From NCBI GenBank assembly GCA_964016885.1, contig OZ024741.1:63674001-63738000 (forward strand): DNA of 64,000 nucleotides, in the 5' to 3' direction. The notes under the pieces were generated by a model. The model saw nothing but the letters and a program-made list of their open reading frames with translations. It was not told the origin of the DNA and made no database searches. Both the position numbers and the translations under genes were made by a program. The stretch is from Eledone cirrhosa (taxonomy: Eukaryota). This document shows positions 13,377 to 26,310 of the stretch, piece by piece (positions within the stretch are counted from its first letter, which is position 1; every line of letters begins with the position of its first letter).

Positions 13377-14399
13377 GATTTTTCAAAGAAAAATTTTTGT
13401 TTGATAATTATAAAAAGTTTAAATTTTGGGCTCAAGGCCCCAATATTTTTGAGTGTTCTTTTCAGAAATCAATGTATGTGCACTTATATACAGTTAACAA
13501 TAAAATTTTTCCATAAATGGCAATTTTAAACAACTGAAAATAACAAACCTTTGCGGAGCTCACGATGTTACGATTTTCTACGTAGGTCGCCAATAATAAT
13601 AATAATAATAATAATGATTTCTTTATTGGCCACAATGGCCAATAATAATAATAATAATAATTTTGATTTTTACTTATTTAAAACAACTGTGATAGAATAA
13701 TTCTTATTACAAATGAAGTATAAGATTACAGTTTTAACGCTCAGCAAGCATTACGGCATAGGGCCCCAATATTTAATATTTAATTTTGGATCAGAAATGT
13801 TATAGTCGAAAAGAGAAAAATGGCAAAATGGCTAAGTGGACAGACAGGCAAATAATTTCACCACCAACACCACCACCGCCACCATCACCACTACCACGCC
13901 AAAAACTCTAGTCAAGTTACCTCAAATTCTATTTCTACTTCAACTTCAACACCATCACTACAGTACTACGATCACATCACCACTACCACTGCCTCATTAT
14001 CGCTACCGCCGCTATTCTCTCCCACTACCTCCTGCTAAGTACTACTAGCACAGCACCACCACCACCATTGGCTCATTATCGCTACCGCCGCTATTCTCTC
14101 CCACTACCTCCTCTTAAGACAGGCATCGTAGTTACCCCACTAAAAGAGGAAGGCATCAAAAGATATAAATAGACTGATTTGATGACCCGGTCAAAAATTC
14201 AAAAACCCACAAATCAAAATCAAAACAGCACAGCAGCAACGAAAAACGTAAAGAAAAGAAAAAAGAAAAGAAAAACAAACAGACAGAGAAGAAAAAAAAA
14301 GAAAAAAACTAAGTCAGACATTCAAACATTACATTACAATGAAACTTATGCTTATTCTTTTTTGGGGGGTTTTACCTATTTGTTTGTTTGTTTATTTAT

Positions 14400-17300
14400 G
14401 TTCGTCTACAGCGTGATAGTGCCACACTAAAATTACCGGGGGTGATGAAATCACCGGTGATTATGTAACCATACATTCACCAATCTTCGATAGGAGTGTT
14501 TAAATGTCGAACCTAAACAGTTCGAATAACGGTGAAGGGGAGACTGGAATGTCATGTGACAGACTCTCACCCAGCAGGTGCTCCCTGGCTCAGCAGCAGG
14601 GACGCTGTCAACCAAATAATGCTGGTGTCGGAGGAAGAAGAAGAAGGAAAGGGACCAGAACCAACTGGACGAAAGAATTGAATAGAACTGTTATGCAATG
14701 TTACCTGAAGAGTAACCCCAAGGAGAAAGGCTATAGGAAACGGATGCATAACATCTGGAACGAGATTGGTCTATTTAAATTAGTGGAACAAAAATTGGCC
14801 GGGCAGGCTCGGGTAATAAGAACTAATGGGTGGATAAGCGAGCTGGAACTGGAGGAACTGAGCATAGAGATTAGGTTGAAAATGGAGAGTGGAGTATGCC
14901 AGGCAAACGAGCCAGTGGGAAATGAAGGTGAAGGGGTTGAGAGAACGGAGAAACCATCCGAAGCAGACAATGATCTGAATGCTGAAATAAATAATTCCTG
15001 GAACAAAGATACGGTCATTGAGGAGATGAATGCTGACGGGCTAGGACAAGATTTGGTTGATATCCTAAACTTAGTGATAGATGAATTGAACAATGATAGT
15101 GGGAAACCTATGAACCTAAGATTTGTAGACAGGAAAAAGTTAAAAGAAACAACAGCTAAGGTAAGCAAAGTCATCCCATACCTTGAGGCGAGGAGCCTTC
15201 ACCAGTGCAACAATATCCTCAAAGCAACAGCAAATGCGGTGAGGAAATTACTTGGCATAAAAGGGAGAGGAAACAACAAACAAGAAAGATCAGAACCTTC
15301 GTGGAAGGAACGACTGAATTGTCAAATCAGGGAAATGAGAAATGACATTGGAAAGCTTGAGTCCCTATTGAATGGGACACTAAAAAACATAGACACTAAA
15401 AATAGACTGGAAATAAAGTACAAAACTAGGAGGAAAAAGCTAAATATTATCATAGAGGAAATGAAGCAACGCATTGTAGCAAAGAGTGCAAAAATTAGGC
15501 GATACGAGAGCAGAGTCAGTCAGTATAGACAGAACCGCATGTTTGACAACAACCAGAAGATGTTGTTTGGACAGCTTGTAGGGAAAGAAAGAGGCAACGA
15601 CTTGATCCCTGAGGCAGAACAAACTAAGACATTCTGGAGAGGAATATGGGAGCAGGATGTTAAATATGACCGGGCAGTGTGGATTGAGACGGTACAAAAG
15701 GAGATTAGTGAACAGGCACACCAACAAACTGATTTGAGTATCACAGGTGAAACTCTTAAGGGGCAGGCCAAAAAACTAACCAACTGGAAATCACCAGGCC
15801 CAGATGGTGTGCAGGGGTATTGGATTAAAAATATAACATCCCTCCACCCGAAACTGACAACCATGTTCAATGACTGCTTGATGTCAGGTGAGGTACCAGA
15901 GTGATTGACAAAAGGTACCACAGTTCTGGTAATGAAAGACCGAATCAAGGGTAATGATGTTACCAACTATAGACCTATCACATGTCTGTCCGTAATGTGG
16001 AAACAGTTGACAAGCATTGTGTCTGAGGAAATCTACCATCACCTCCACACAAACAACTTGTTACCGGACGAACAGAAAGGATGCCGAAAGAAGTCCCGTG
16101 GTACAAAGGACCAGTTACTTATTGATAAGATGGTAATGAGGAATTGCAAGAGGAGACACACTGGTCTTGCCATGGAATGGATAGATTTCAAAAAAGCATT
16201 TGACATGGTACCTCATTCTTGGATCACCAAAAGCCTAGAGATCTTCAAGGTGGCAGATAACATCAGACAGTTGTTGGGCAAAAGTATGAAGTCCTGGAAA
16301 ACAGAGTTAACGTCAGCTGGAGAATCCTTGGGAGGCGTGAAGATCAAGAGAGGTATCTTCCAGGGAGATAGTCTGTCCCCTCTGTTGTTTGTCCTTGCCC
16401 TGATGCGCCTGACCATTATACTGCGAAAAGTGAGAGCAGGATACAAGTTGGGAAAGGGAGTGCTTGCCATCAATCAGCTCCTCTTCATGGACGATCTTAA
16501 GCTCTTCGGGAAGAGTGAGAAGGAGTTGGATGTGCTTGTTGACACTGTCCGTATTTTCAGCAATGATATATGTATGCAATTTGATATTAGTAAGTGTGGA
16601 GTCCTTGTGATGAAGAGGGGTAAATTGAGCAGAAGCAACGGAATCCAGGTACCAACAGGTGAGATGATAAAGGAAATTGACACTGAATAAGGATACAAGT
16701 ATTTGGGTGTTCTGGAGGCTGATGACATCAAGAACAAAAAAATGAAGGAGTTGATAAGATCTGAATACATTCGGAGAGTAAGGAGCGTATTAAAGTCACA
16801 TCTTAACAGTAGGAATGCCATAAGTGCAGTAAATTCCCAAGCTGTGTCTATTATTAGGTACAGTGCGGGAATTCTGAGATGGAATGTTGCTGAACAAAAA
16901 GAAATGGATAGGATGACTAGGAAGCTATTGACTATCTACAACATGTTCCACAAGAGGAGTGATGTCGATAGACTCTACTTAAGGAGATCTGAAGGTGGAA
17001 GAGGTCTTATCAGCATAGAGGACTGTGTTCAGATGGAGAAAAACAACCTACACAAATACGTGACTGATAGTAAGGAGCCAATTCTCAGAATTGTACTGAA
17101 GGAGAGGACAATAGACCAGGCGATGTCCAAGGAGGAAATAACAACAAGGAGAAAGAGCAGCCTTCATGAAAAATCGCTTCATAGTACCTTCTTTGAGAAA
17201 ACTGAATTCAGATATCCACAGACATGGAACTGGTTGAAAAGAGGAGACCTTTAAAAGGCTACAGAAGGAATGCTAATGGCTGCGCAAGGGCAGGCCCTCA

Positions 17301-17985
17301 AAACGAAGTGGTTGAAACACCATATTTACCCTGTGCAGGATCTGTGGAGAGAGAGAGGAGACTGTGGCTCACATTGTATCCGAGTGTAAACACCTAGCCC
17401 AGACTCACTATAAAGGCTGGAGACATGATGTGATGGGCAGGGTGATCCACTGGCATCTATGCAAAGTAAACAATTTACCACATTCTGAGAAGTGGTATGA
17501 GCATAAGCCAGAGTCGGTGATAGAAAACGATCAGGTGATGGTGCTGTGGGATTTTAGGATACAGACGGACAAGAAACTGGAACACAATAGACGTGACCTG
17601 GTGGTTTTGGACAAGGAAAAAAGATCGTGCCTGATTGTGGATGTGGCCTGCCCATTCGACACGAGAGTGCAAGAGAAGGAGAGGGAGAAAATTAACCGAT
17701 ACCAGGACTTAAAGTGGGAGAAAAAAAAGGATTTGGAACTGCCATTGAGTCAAAGTGGGCCCGATTGTCATAGGCGCACTAGGAACTATCTCAAGGAGTT
17801 TCCAGGGATGGTTAAATAAGATTAGTCCAGCCCCGCTTTTTGGAATACTTCTAAAGGCATGCTTGCTGGGAACAGCAAGAACCCTCCGATACGTCCTGAA
17901 TATCTGAGGTTGCAGGTAGCAGCTTGATATTCATTTCAACAAACTTTCCAGTTAAATAACATCAATGACTGAGACTCAAAGAACA
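14400..17985 (+). mobile_element. Near full-length R4/Dong-type RLE non-LTR retrotransposon (subfamily A)
   Basis: Single long ORF with stops and frameshifts, short 3' UTR, ends in (AAT)n. Confidence 0.93.
14504..17907 (+). pseudogene. R4/Dong polyprotein (N-terminal WT..LN domain, RT, CCHC, restriction-like endonuclease)
   Basis: [65 protein letters not shown]; stops at 15902, 16688, 17252. Confidence 0.93.
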
Positions 17986-17989
17986 ATAA

Positions 17990-18383
17990 TAATAATGATT
18001 GTTTATACTTTTGGCACACGACCAGCAATTATCAAGTATATTACTGGTACTTTACTTTATCGACCCCGTAAGGATGAAAGGCAAAGTTAACCTCGGCTGG
18101 ATATGAACTCAGAACGTAAAGGGACGTAACTATGTTGCAAAGCATGGCGTCCGACCCTCTACCGATACTGCTAATCGACCGCCCTTAATAATTGTTTCTA
18201 CTTTTGGCACAAGGCCAGCAATTACCCAGTGTATTACTGGTACTTTATTTTATCGACCCCGTAAGGATGAAAGGCAAAGTTAACCTCGGCGGGATTTGAA
18301 CTCAGAATGGCAAGGGACGTAACTCTATGCGTCAAAGTATTGCGTCTGACCCACTACCGATACTGCCAATCCACCGCCCTTAA
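17990..18383 (-). mobile_element. Two tandem full-length tRNA-derived Deu/Nin-core SINEs
   Basis: A box (TGGCAGTATCGG), B box (GAGTTCAAATCCC), core GCCTTTCATCCTTACGGGGTCGATAAA, (TTA)n tails. Confidence 0.9.
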
Positions 18384-18399
18384 TAATAATAATAATAAT

Positions 18400-21003
18400 A
18401 CAATTCTATAAGGACAATAATATGTTCAAAAACAACCAAAGAAACTTCTACAGAAAAATTGGTAAGTCAACAATAACTGCTAAATCAATACCACCCAAGG
18501 AGGAAGTGCAAGAATTCTGAGAAAATATCTGGACCGAAGAAAAAGTTCATAATATACATGCCCCATTGATAGACAGACAAATGAAAGATACAGCTCACCT
18601 TGAGGAACAAACATGGGAAAATATAACAGTTGAACAGTTGCGTTTGGCTCCTAGAAAAACCAGCAAATGGAAATCCCCAGGAAAAGACAAAATACAAAAC
18701 TTTTGGATAAATGCCTTCACAGAGTCTCATGAGCTGTTAGCCCAACTTTACAATGAAATAGTTAAGGAGCCAGAACAGATACCATCATGGCTAGTTAACG
18801 GCATTACATTCCTACTTCCGAAGAATGATGAGGCAAACAATCCCAAAAATTGCAGACCGATAACTTGCTTGACCACAATGTATACAATGTTAACATCAGT
18901 TCTAAATGAATATACATATGACCACCTGATAACAAATGATTTATTTCCCAAAGAGCAGAAAGGGTGTAAACGAGGTTCATATGGCTGTAAAGATCAGCTT
19001 TCGGTGAACAAAATGATACTGGAAGATTGTCATAATGGACACAAAAATCTATCAATTGCTTGGATAGATTATAAAAAAGCATTCGATAGTTTGCCAGACA
19101 GTTGGATTGAAAAATGTTTAGAGATTTTCAAAATATCTCCCGCTGTCAGGAGGTTCCTGTCATTCAGTATGAAGACATGGAAAACGACACTCCTTTTGTG
19201 AAAAAAAAATTACTAGAAGCTGGAGAAGTTAATATTAATTGTGGAATTTTTCAGGATGACTCTTTATCACCGCTTTTATTCTGCATCGCACTTATACCAT
19301 TAAGTAAAATGCTCAATGAAACAAAACATGGATATAAAGTCTATGACAAAACCACTAATCACTTGTTCTACATGGATGACCTGAAACTATTTGCAAAAAA
19401 TTATGAACAATTTCAAGGGCTAATATCCACTGTGAAGCAGTTCAGTGATGACATTAAAATGGAGTTTGGACTAGATAAATGCGCCAAAGCAACGTTCACC
19501 AGAGGAAAGCTGCTGAAAAGGGGAATGTGATAAGAGAACTTGATCAAGAGAAAACTTACAAATATCTAGGTGTTTGTGAAGGAGACGGAATCAAGCACTC
19601 GACAATGAGGGAAAGGATAAGGAAGGAATGTTACCGCAGAGTAAGAGCAATCTTAAGAACGGAATTGAATGCCAGGAATAGGATCGATGCCATAAACACG
19701 CTTGCCATAGCAGTAGTAACCTACAGTTACAATGTCATCAACTGGTCAAGCACAGAGATCCGTAGGCTCGATACAAAAATTAGAACATTCTTAACCATGC
19801 ACAGAATGCATCACCCTAAGGCAGATACAGATAGAATATATCTCCCTAGGAAAGAAGGAGGACGTGGGTTAATCCAGTTAGAGATTGCGTTGAAAACTGC
19901 AACAATTGGATTATCTACATATCTAAGGGAATCACATGATTGGATGATCAAACTCGTTTTGAAATACGAAAGCATCAAAAGATTATACTCCATTATAAAA
20001 GATGCACAAAGATACAGTAATGGACTACACATTTCAGAAGTCCCATTTACTGATCAAATGAAAAACACAGAAAAAGCAAAGCAGGTAAAAGTAACTGCAA
20101 AGAAAGAACTGCTACAGAAACTGGCTAAGAAATGGCAAGAAAAGCCTCTGTATGGAAAATACCCAGAAAAAGCTAACAATCCTGATGTTGACAAAACTTT
20201 AACCCATCAGTGGTTGGCATCCTCTGGACTGAAATCGGAGACTGAAGGACTGATTATATCAGCACAAGATCAGTGTCTGCCAACAAAAAATTACCAAGGC
20301 AACATAATTAAAAATGGATGCAACCCAGTATGCCGTGTATGTAAAAAACAACCAGAGACCATTGATCATATAATTTCAATGTGCAGTCCTATAGCTCCAA
20401 CCGAATACCTAAACAGGCATGACAGAGCTGCACAATATATACATTGGATAATGTGTAAGCATTTTGACCTGCCCCATCAAAAGAATTGGTGGGAGCATCA
20501 ACCACCTCCCATACTTGAAAAAGATCACATCTCAATCTTGTGGAACTTTAGCATCCAAACAGACCGAAAAATAGATGCAAATAGACCTGATATAATACTT
20601 TAAAAAGAGGGTAAGCCTGCTAATTGATATGTCCGTTCCAATAGACAAGAATGTATCTATAAAAACATTTGAAAAATTGAGCAAGTACCTGGAGATAGAA
20701 ATTAGAAAAATGTGGAAATTGAGAACTAAAAAATACCAGTGGTTGTAGGGTCTAATGATTACTTATCGCAAATCACAGGAAACCCGCGTATAGGAGAAAT
20801 ACAAAAGATAGTTCTAATGGGAACTGCCCATATACTAAGGAAGATTCTGTCAATATAAGTACATCACAAGTCTAAACACCTAAAGATGCATGTGTGTGTA
20901 TGTATGTTCTTTCTTGAACATGGCGGACCTTGTTGTCTTTTGAGGTCACTGGTTATGACTTGGTGATAACTCGTATGAACATAAAGCAAGATAAATGCAA
21001 CTG
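18400..21003 (+). mobile_element. 5'-truncated R4/Dong-type LINE (subfamily B), flanked by (AAT)n
   Basis: [67 protein letters not shown]. Confidence 0.92.
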
Positions 21004-21051
21004 TAATAATAATAATAATAATAATAATAATGATAATAATAATAATAATAA

Positions 21052-21469
21052 TAATGATTTCTATAAAAGGCACAAGGCCAGCAACTTTTAGAGAGGGGGA
21101 AACACGATTAAATCCACCCCAGTGCATTACTGGTGCTTTATTTTACCGATCTCAAAAGGAAGAAAGGCAAAGCTAACCTCGGTGGGATTTGAATTCAGTA
21201 CGTAAAGGGATCTTCTGAAACTAGTTTCAGAAGATCCCTTTAAGGGTGAAAGCAGCGATTATTTGCTTAAACTTTAATCTATTTTAATAAATATATGCTC
21301 TACGGTTTTATATGTTATATATATTATCCTTGTCGAGCCCTCTTCGAATTAGAGTCTTCACATTTGTTATTATTACTAACTTTGCCTTTCATCCTTACCG
21401 GGACGATAAAATAAAGTACCAGTAATGAACTGGGTATTTGCTGGCCTTGTGCCAAAATAGACAATTATT
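21052..21469. mobile_element. Head-to-head SINE fragments (21052-21203 minus; 21378-21469 plus) around an HHR-bearing fold-back element (21203-21377)
   Basis: SINE cores on opposite strands; central palindrome AAAGGGATCTTCTGAAACTAGTTTCAGAAGATCCCTTT; central element homologous to 45803-46018. Confidence 0.75.
21223..21273 (+). ncRNA. Type-I hammerhead-like motif with U4A core (second copy ~45870-45917)
   Basis: AGTTT-CAGAAGA-tCCC(tttaa)GGGt-GAAA-GCA(gcgattatt)TGC-TT^AAACT. Confidence 0.6.
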
Positions 21470-21524
21470 ACTATACATATATATATATAAGTCTGTCTTT
21501 ATATGGAAAAGAAAGCAAACCGAG

Positions 21525-22100
21525 CATGTGTGTGTGCATGTATGTATATATATATATATATACATACTATGTATATATATATATACATACTATGTATATA
21601 TATATATATATATATACATACTACTGTACGTCTGTACACATATATGTATGTACGTATACATACTTATATTTAGGTATCAGCCGTACTAAGAGTGAGAAAT
21701 GAAATTTCGTTTCATTATTTTCCATTTATCGTTTTCGGTTGCCCGGCCGACTAACTCACTCGATATGCAGATTAGGCTGCTCAGCCGTTAATATGCATAA
21801 GAAAAGTACATACTTTCAAACGTTCAATAATCTGACAGAAAGGTATAGGATGCTGACGATAGCTAATAAGCTTGAAACTAGTACATCGTTCCTGTGTCAG
21901 TGTTGAACAAAAGGGCGACGATGGTTGCCGAGCACTGTACGGCGTAAATCGGACTGTTTGTTTACAAGCAAACCGAGCATTATAATAAATCTTCGGTAAA
22001 CCCATACGTACGTATATATATGTGTGCATGTATGTATATATATATATACATACTACTGTACGTCTGTACACATATATGTATGTACGTACACATACTTATA
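21525..22100 (+). mobile_element. Retrozyme-like non-coding element, ~1.3 units of a ~432-bp repeat
   Basis: CTACTGTACGTCTGTACACA recurs at 21621 and 22053; contains an HHR; homologous to 33690-34130 and 58711-60020. Confidence 0.8.
21849..21887 (+). ncRNA. Minimal type-I hammerhead ribozyme, canonical core
   Basis: GATG-CTGACGA-tAGCT(aata)AGCTt-GAAA-ctag-TA^CATC. Confidence 0.88.
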
Positions 22101-22105
22101 TCTGT

Positions 22106-22156
<51 letters not shown>

Positions 22157-23159
22157 CAAGATGTATGGTAGGTCGTATGTGAATCGCGATGATCACGTCT
22201 GACCTACCAAATATGCGACGGTGGCTAGTTAAGCTCTATGCGTATAAGCAGAGCAGAAATATTAATGAAAAAGAACAAAGGAACTATTATGACATTATAA
22301 CAAGTTTATTGCCGACAGCCGTTTCGTCCGACCATATGGTGGGACTTTTCAAGGCATATAACATGTGATTGTAAGTTCATTATTTACATCAACGTATCAC
22401 TTAAGACTAGCAGTTTGAAATTGTGGTATACATCAGCAGCTCCGCTTGTATATTTGGGGTCTATATTCTAAGGGGGCTCTTTTATATTAGTTGTCGGAAT
22501 TGTAAAAGGGATGGGTTATGGCGAGTTAAGAGAATTTGAAAAGGGCCTAAGAGTCAGGGATTGAAGGTTAAAAATTAGATAATTTATAATTTACGCATTA
22601 AAAGTAAAAGACTTGGGATCTCGTAGAAGCACCTTAAAAAATCCCTCAATAAGTGCATAAAGCTTACAAGCCCCAATAAACTTAACAAACTAGAAGAGAT
22701 TAAGAGACTAATAAAATAAAATAAAAAAAATAAAGATATAAAGTTTCCCTAAAAAAATATATAAAGTTTCCTAAGAAGTTCCTTCGAGAGAAAAAAAAAA
22801 TTTTTTCGAAAGAAAAAAGCTTTCTTCCCCAGTGATCACGTTAAAAAATTTCAGAAAATTTACGAAGTTTTGATGATCCCTACTAAGTTGAAAGAAACTA
22901 ATCAATTAAAGGTTAATTCAAAAAGCCTTCAATAAACCCCTCAGAAAAGGCCCCTTTAATATTTTTAATAGGAACCTCCTCCGAGAGACTCTTCGAAGAA
23001 TTAAAATTTTAGAGAGCCGTTAAGGATATATATAAACGAATTGAGAAAAATTATAAATTAAAAGTTAAAAATTACGGTATTTGGAATATCCGAGGAATTT
23101 TCAACAGATACAACTTAGGTATAATAGATAAAATAATTTAGGGAACTTGCCCAGGGTAA

Positions 23160-23240
23160 CAGTAACAGAACACCCAATATGGCGGCCGCTCCCTGCCTAT
23201 AACCAATCACCCCCCGCCCTCCCCTAATAAATCCCCGCCT
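23160..23240. promoter_or_regulatory. Promoter-like motif cluster inside the fold-back element
   Basis: CCAAT twice, YY1-like AATATGGCGGC and two CCCCGCC GC boxes within 80 bp, beside AT-rich sequence. Confidence 0.4.
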
Positions 23241-24123
23241 TTTGAGTTAGTTCTTCTTTATTATTAGTGGTTCCTTTTGAGTTAGTTCTTTATTAATAGG
23301 GAGTTTTTGGTATATTACCACGGTTGACTTAATGGGCTTGGAGAGTTGACTCCCTTGATGTCTGACCATTCGATAAGTTAGGGGTTGTGCCCCTTGTGCA
23401 GGGGTCTGTCTAGCTGGTCTACCTGCTGTCTGCTACTACCCGAGACTGGACACGGTCGTAGCCACAGGCCAGCGCGTGCGCGATAGCATGGAATATATAT
23501 TTTCTGCTAGTCACCCCGTGTAATATGATACCCCAAGATTCCATGCATGAGATTCACCGAAGCATGCGCAGTCTTAACCGGGAGATGACAAACGAACTTG
23601 AAAATAACACAAGAGAGACCCTTTAGATAGCGTAGACGCCGGACCATACCCGCAAATATATACAGATCTGTCTTGAATATGCATGGCTGACGCAATATGG
23701 ATAACACGACCAACATCTAAGCTGGAACCGACCCCTACAACAAACAAAGAGGGGACAGCCCTTCGCATTTGACCAGTCGCGTGTGTGCTTGGAGTTCGTA
23801 ATATACCACCCCAGTCAAATCCACACTGGTTTTTTTTACCAATATAGCATGTAAACCAATACATCCTATGCAGCGAGACCTTGGATTTAGAACCGGCAGC
23901 GTGCAATCCCCGGAACTAAAAGATCGAACGGACCACACCCAGTAACCACCAGCTATTTGATCCACAAGTACATTTCCCAGAGAGTCCACGCAGCTGATAG
24001 TGAATCCCAGTTGATTCGTGAACTCTGAACTTTTAAACAAGACCAAATGTGCCTGGAGCTATGCAGATGACTACATACGCATAATGGATATCGCGCCCAC
24101 AAGGTCACCTCTATTGTTCATCC

Positions 24124-24490
24124 TGCTGTATGTGTGTAAAGTATCCGTGCGTGGGATATCCCTGAGTACATTTTCTTGACTATCAATTGTTAATTGATTG
24201 TTTGTTAATTAGGCAGGAGTATACCATTATGTCTTTGTTAATCATATGTGATGCTGTATGTGTGTAAAGTATCCGAGAGCGGGATATCCCTGAGCTAATT
24301 TTGCTTGACTGTTAATTGTTTATTGATGTTTTGTTAATTAGGCAGGAATATATTATTATGTCTTTGTTAATCCTGTATCAATAATTTTATAGTAATTTTT
24401 TAATCCTGTATCAATAGTTTTATGATAATTTTGTAATAATTTTATAATAATTTTATAATAATTTTGTGATAATTTTATAATAATTTTTTG
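24124..24490. repeat. Two ~128-bp direct repeats followed by ~11-bp AT-rich tandem repeats
   Basis: TGCTGTATGTGTGTAAAGTATCCG at 24124 and 24252; AATAATTTTAT-like units. Confidence 0.85.
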
Positions 24491-25311
24491 ATAGTACATT
24501 ATTAGATTACTGAAGCTACCTTATACCTTCTTAAAAATACATTTTTAATTATTGTCTTTTAAAAATACATTTTATAATTATTGTCTTTTTGCTTATGTAT
24601 TTTCTTACTTATCATTTTCTTTAATCTTGCCCTACTTGATAAGCTCTTTGAATTGCTCCCTAATTAAATTACTTAAATTACTTAAATTATTTTATCTATT
24701 ATACCTAAGTTGAATCTGTTGAAGCAGCCCTTTGAAAATTCCTCGGATATCCCAAATACCGTAATTTTTAACTTTTAATTTATAATTTTCCTCAATTCGT
24801 TTATATATATCCTTAACGGCTCTCTAAAATTTTAATTCTTCGAAGGGTCTCTCGGAGGAGGTTCCTATTAAAAATATTAAAGGGGCCTTTTCTGAGGGGT
24901 TTATTGAAGGCTTTTTGAATTAACCTTTAATTGATTAGTTTCTTTCAACTTAGTAGGGATTATCAAAACTTCGTAAATTTTCTGAAATTTTTTAACGTGA
25001 TCACTGGGGAAGAAAGCTTTTTTCTTTCGAAAAAATTTTTTTTTTCTCTCGAAGGAACTTCTTAGGAAACTTTATATATTTTTTTAGGGAAACTTTATAT
25101 CTTTATTTTTTTTATTTTATTTTATTAGTCTCTTAATCTCTTCTAGTTTGTTAAGTTTATTGGGGCTTGTAAGCTTTATGCACTTATTGAGGGATTTTTT
25201 AAGGTGCTTCTACGAGATCCCAAGTCTTTTACTTTTAATGCGTAAATTATAAATTATCTAATTTTTAACCTTCAATCCCTGACTCTTATGAACTTACAAT
25301 CACATGTTATA

Positions 25312-25358
25312 TGCCTTGAAAAGTCCCACCATATGGTCGGACGAAACGGCTGTCGGCA
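25312..25358 (+). ncRNA. Type-I hammerhead, U3-A8 variant (identical copy 22310-22356, minus strand)
   Basis: TGCC-TTGAAAA-GTCC(caccatatggtc)GGAC-GAAA-cggctg-TC^GGCA. Confidence 0.8.
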
Positions 25359-25402
25359 ATAAACTTGTTATAATGTCATAATAGTTCCTTTGTTCTTTTT
25401 CA

Positions 25403-25454
<52 letters not shown>

Positions 25455-25460
<6 letters not shown>

Positions 25461-25529
25461 GTTCCCGAAAAATATATACACTCTTCAACAGCATTCTAAT
25501 AAATGTGTATACATTTTTGGGACACCCTG
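25455..25529. mobile_element. ~75-bp Tc1/mariner-type MITE
   Basis: Imperfect TIRs (C/T)AGGGTGT(T)CCC(A/G)AAAAT(G/A)TATACAC, flanked by TA. Confidence 0.75.
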
Positions 25530-25569
25530 TATATATATATATATATACCTTTATATATATATATATATA

Positions 25570-25927
25570 TACCTTTTTAGTCAAAGTAATGCCTTTTTAG
25601 CTGCTTGGAATGGTGGACCTAGGTTTCATTGCTATTTAAGAATTCCTTAATACTTGTTCACTAAACCCGCTGAAACTGTCAATGATATTAACTGAAGGCT
25701 ACTTATTACAATGTAGACAAATATACTATTAGGTAGAGAGTTACATAATAGAACAAGGCTGGAGGCCAGAGAATAATAGCTATAAAACCGTGGAGTTGAC
25801 GAATGAATCGATAGCTTCTAACCAAGAAAATATATATATAGTCGATGTAGATTCCATTAGTTGCAGTTTTCAACTGGGGAGGCGTTCATTAGATGACATA
25901 TTTAGAAATCTGTTGCGCGTATGTACG

Positions 25928-25958
<31 letters not shown>

Positions 25959-26251
25959 AGCGTAAATGATTGAGAGATTAAATTTGTAAAAGTACGCCAA
26001 GAATATTAAAGCTGAATGTGTCTCACCAATCGAACAATGATCGTAACAGATACATTCATTTCATTTGTTGAAAAACATGTAAACATGTAAACATGAAAAA
26101 CATGTAAACATGTAAACGCTTTTATATTTACATGTTTTTCAACAAATGAAATGAATGTATCTGTTACGATCATTGTTCGATTGGTGAGACACATTCAGCT
26201 TTAATATTCTTGGTGTACTTTTACAAATTTAATCTCTCAACCGTTTACGCT

Positions 26252-26310
<59 letters not shown>

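Larger units (their letters stand above)
7877..13590 (-). mobile_element. Near full-length L1-clade (Tx1-like) LINE flanked by (AAT)n
   Basis: ORF1 and ORF2 remnants in order; AATAAA just before the (TTA)n end; (AAT)n on both flanks. Confidence 0.92.
22155..25408 (-). mobile_element. 3.2-kb non-autonomous PLE-like fold-back element with an HHR in both arms
   Basis: 22258-23140 is the reverse complement of 24682-25408 (with indels); unpaired tail 22155-22257; (TA)n flanks; no RT or EN motifs recognised inside. Confidence 0.75.

Noticed and set aside
14404-14470. Ribozyme at the 5' end of the Dong element
   Set aside because: A hairpin is visible, but I could not fit an HDV-like, twister or hammerhead topology.
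15902-15904. In-frame TGA in the Dong ORF (and at 10446 in Tx1 ORF2) as programmed read-through
   Set aside because: 15902 sits at a normally Trp position (PEW), and both elements carry other stops and frameshifts, so this is ordinary decay.
23507-24046. Short minus-strand ORFs as a host gene
   Set aside because: No recognisable motif, frames are broken, and they lie inside a fold-back repeat; kept only as possible cargo.
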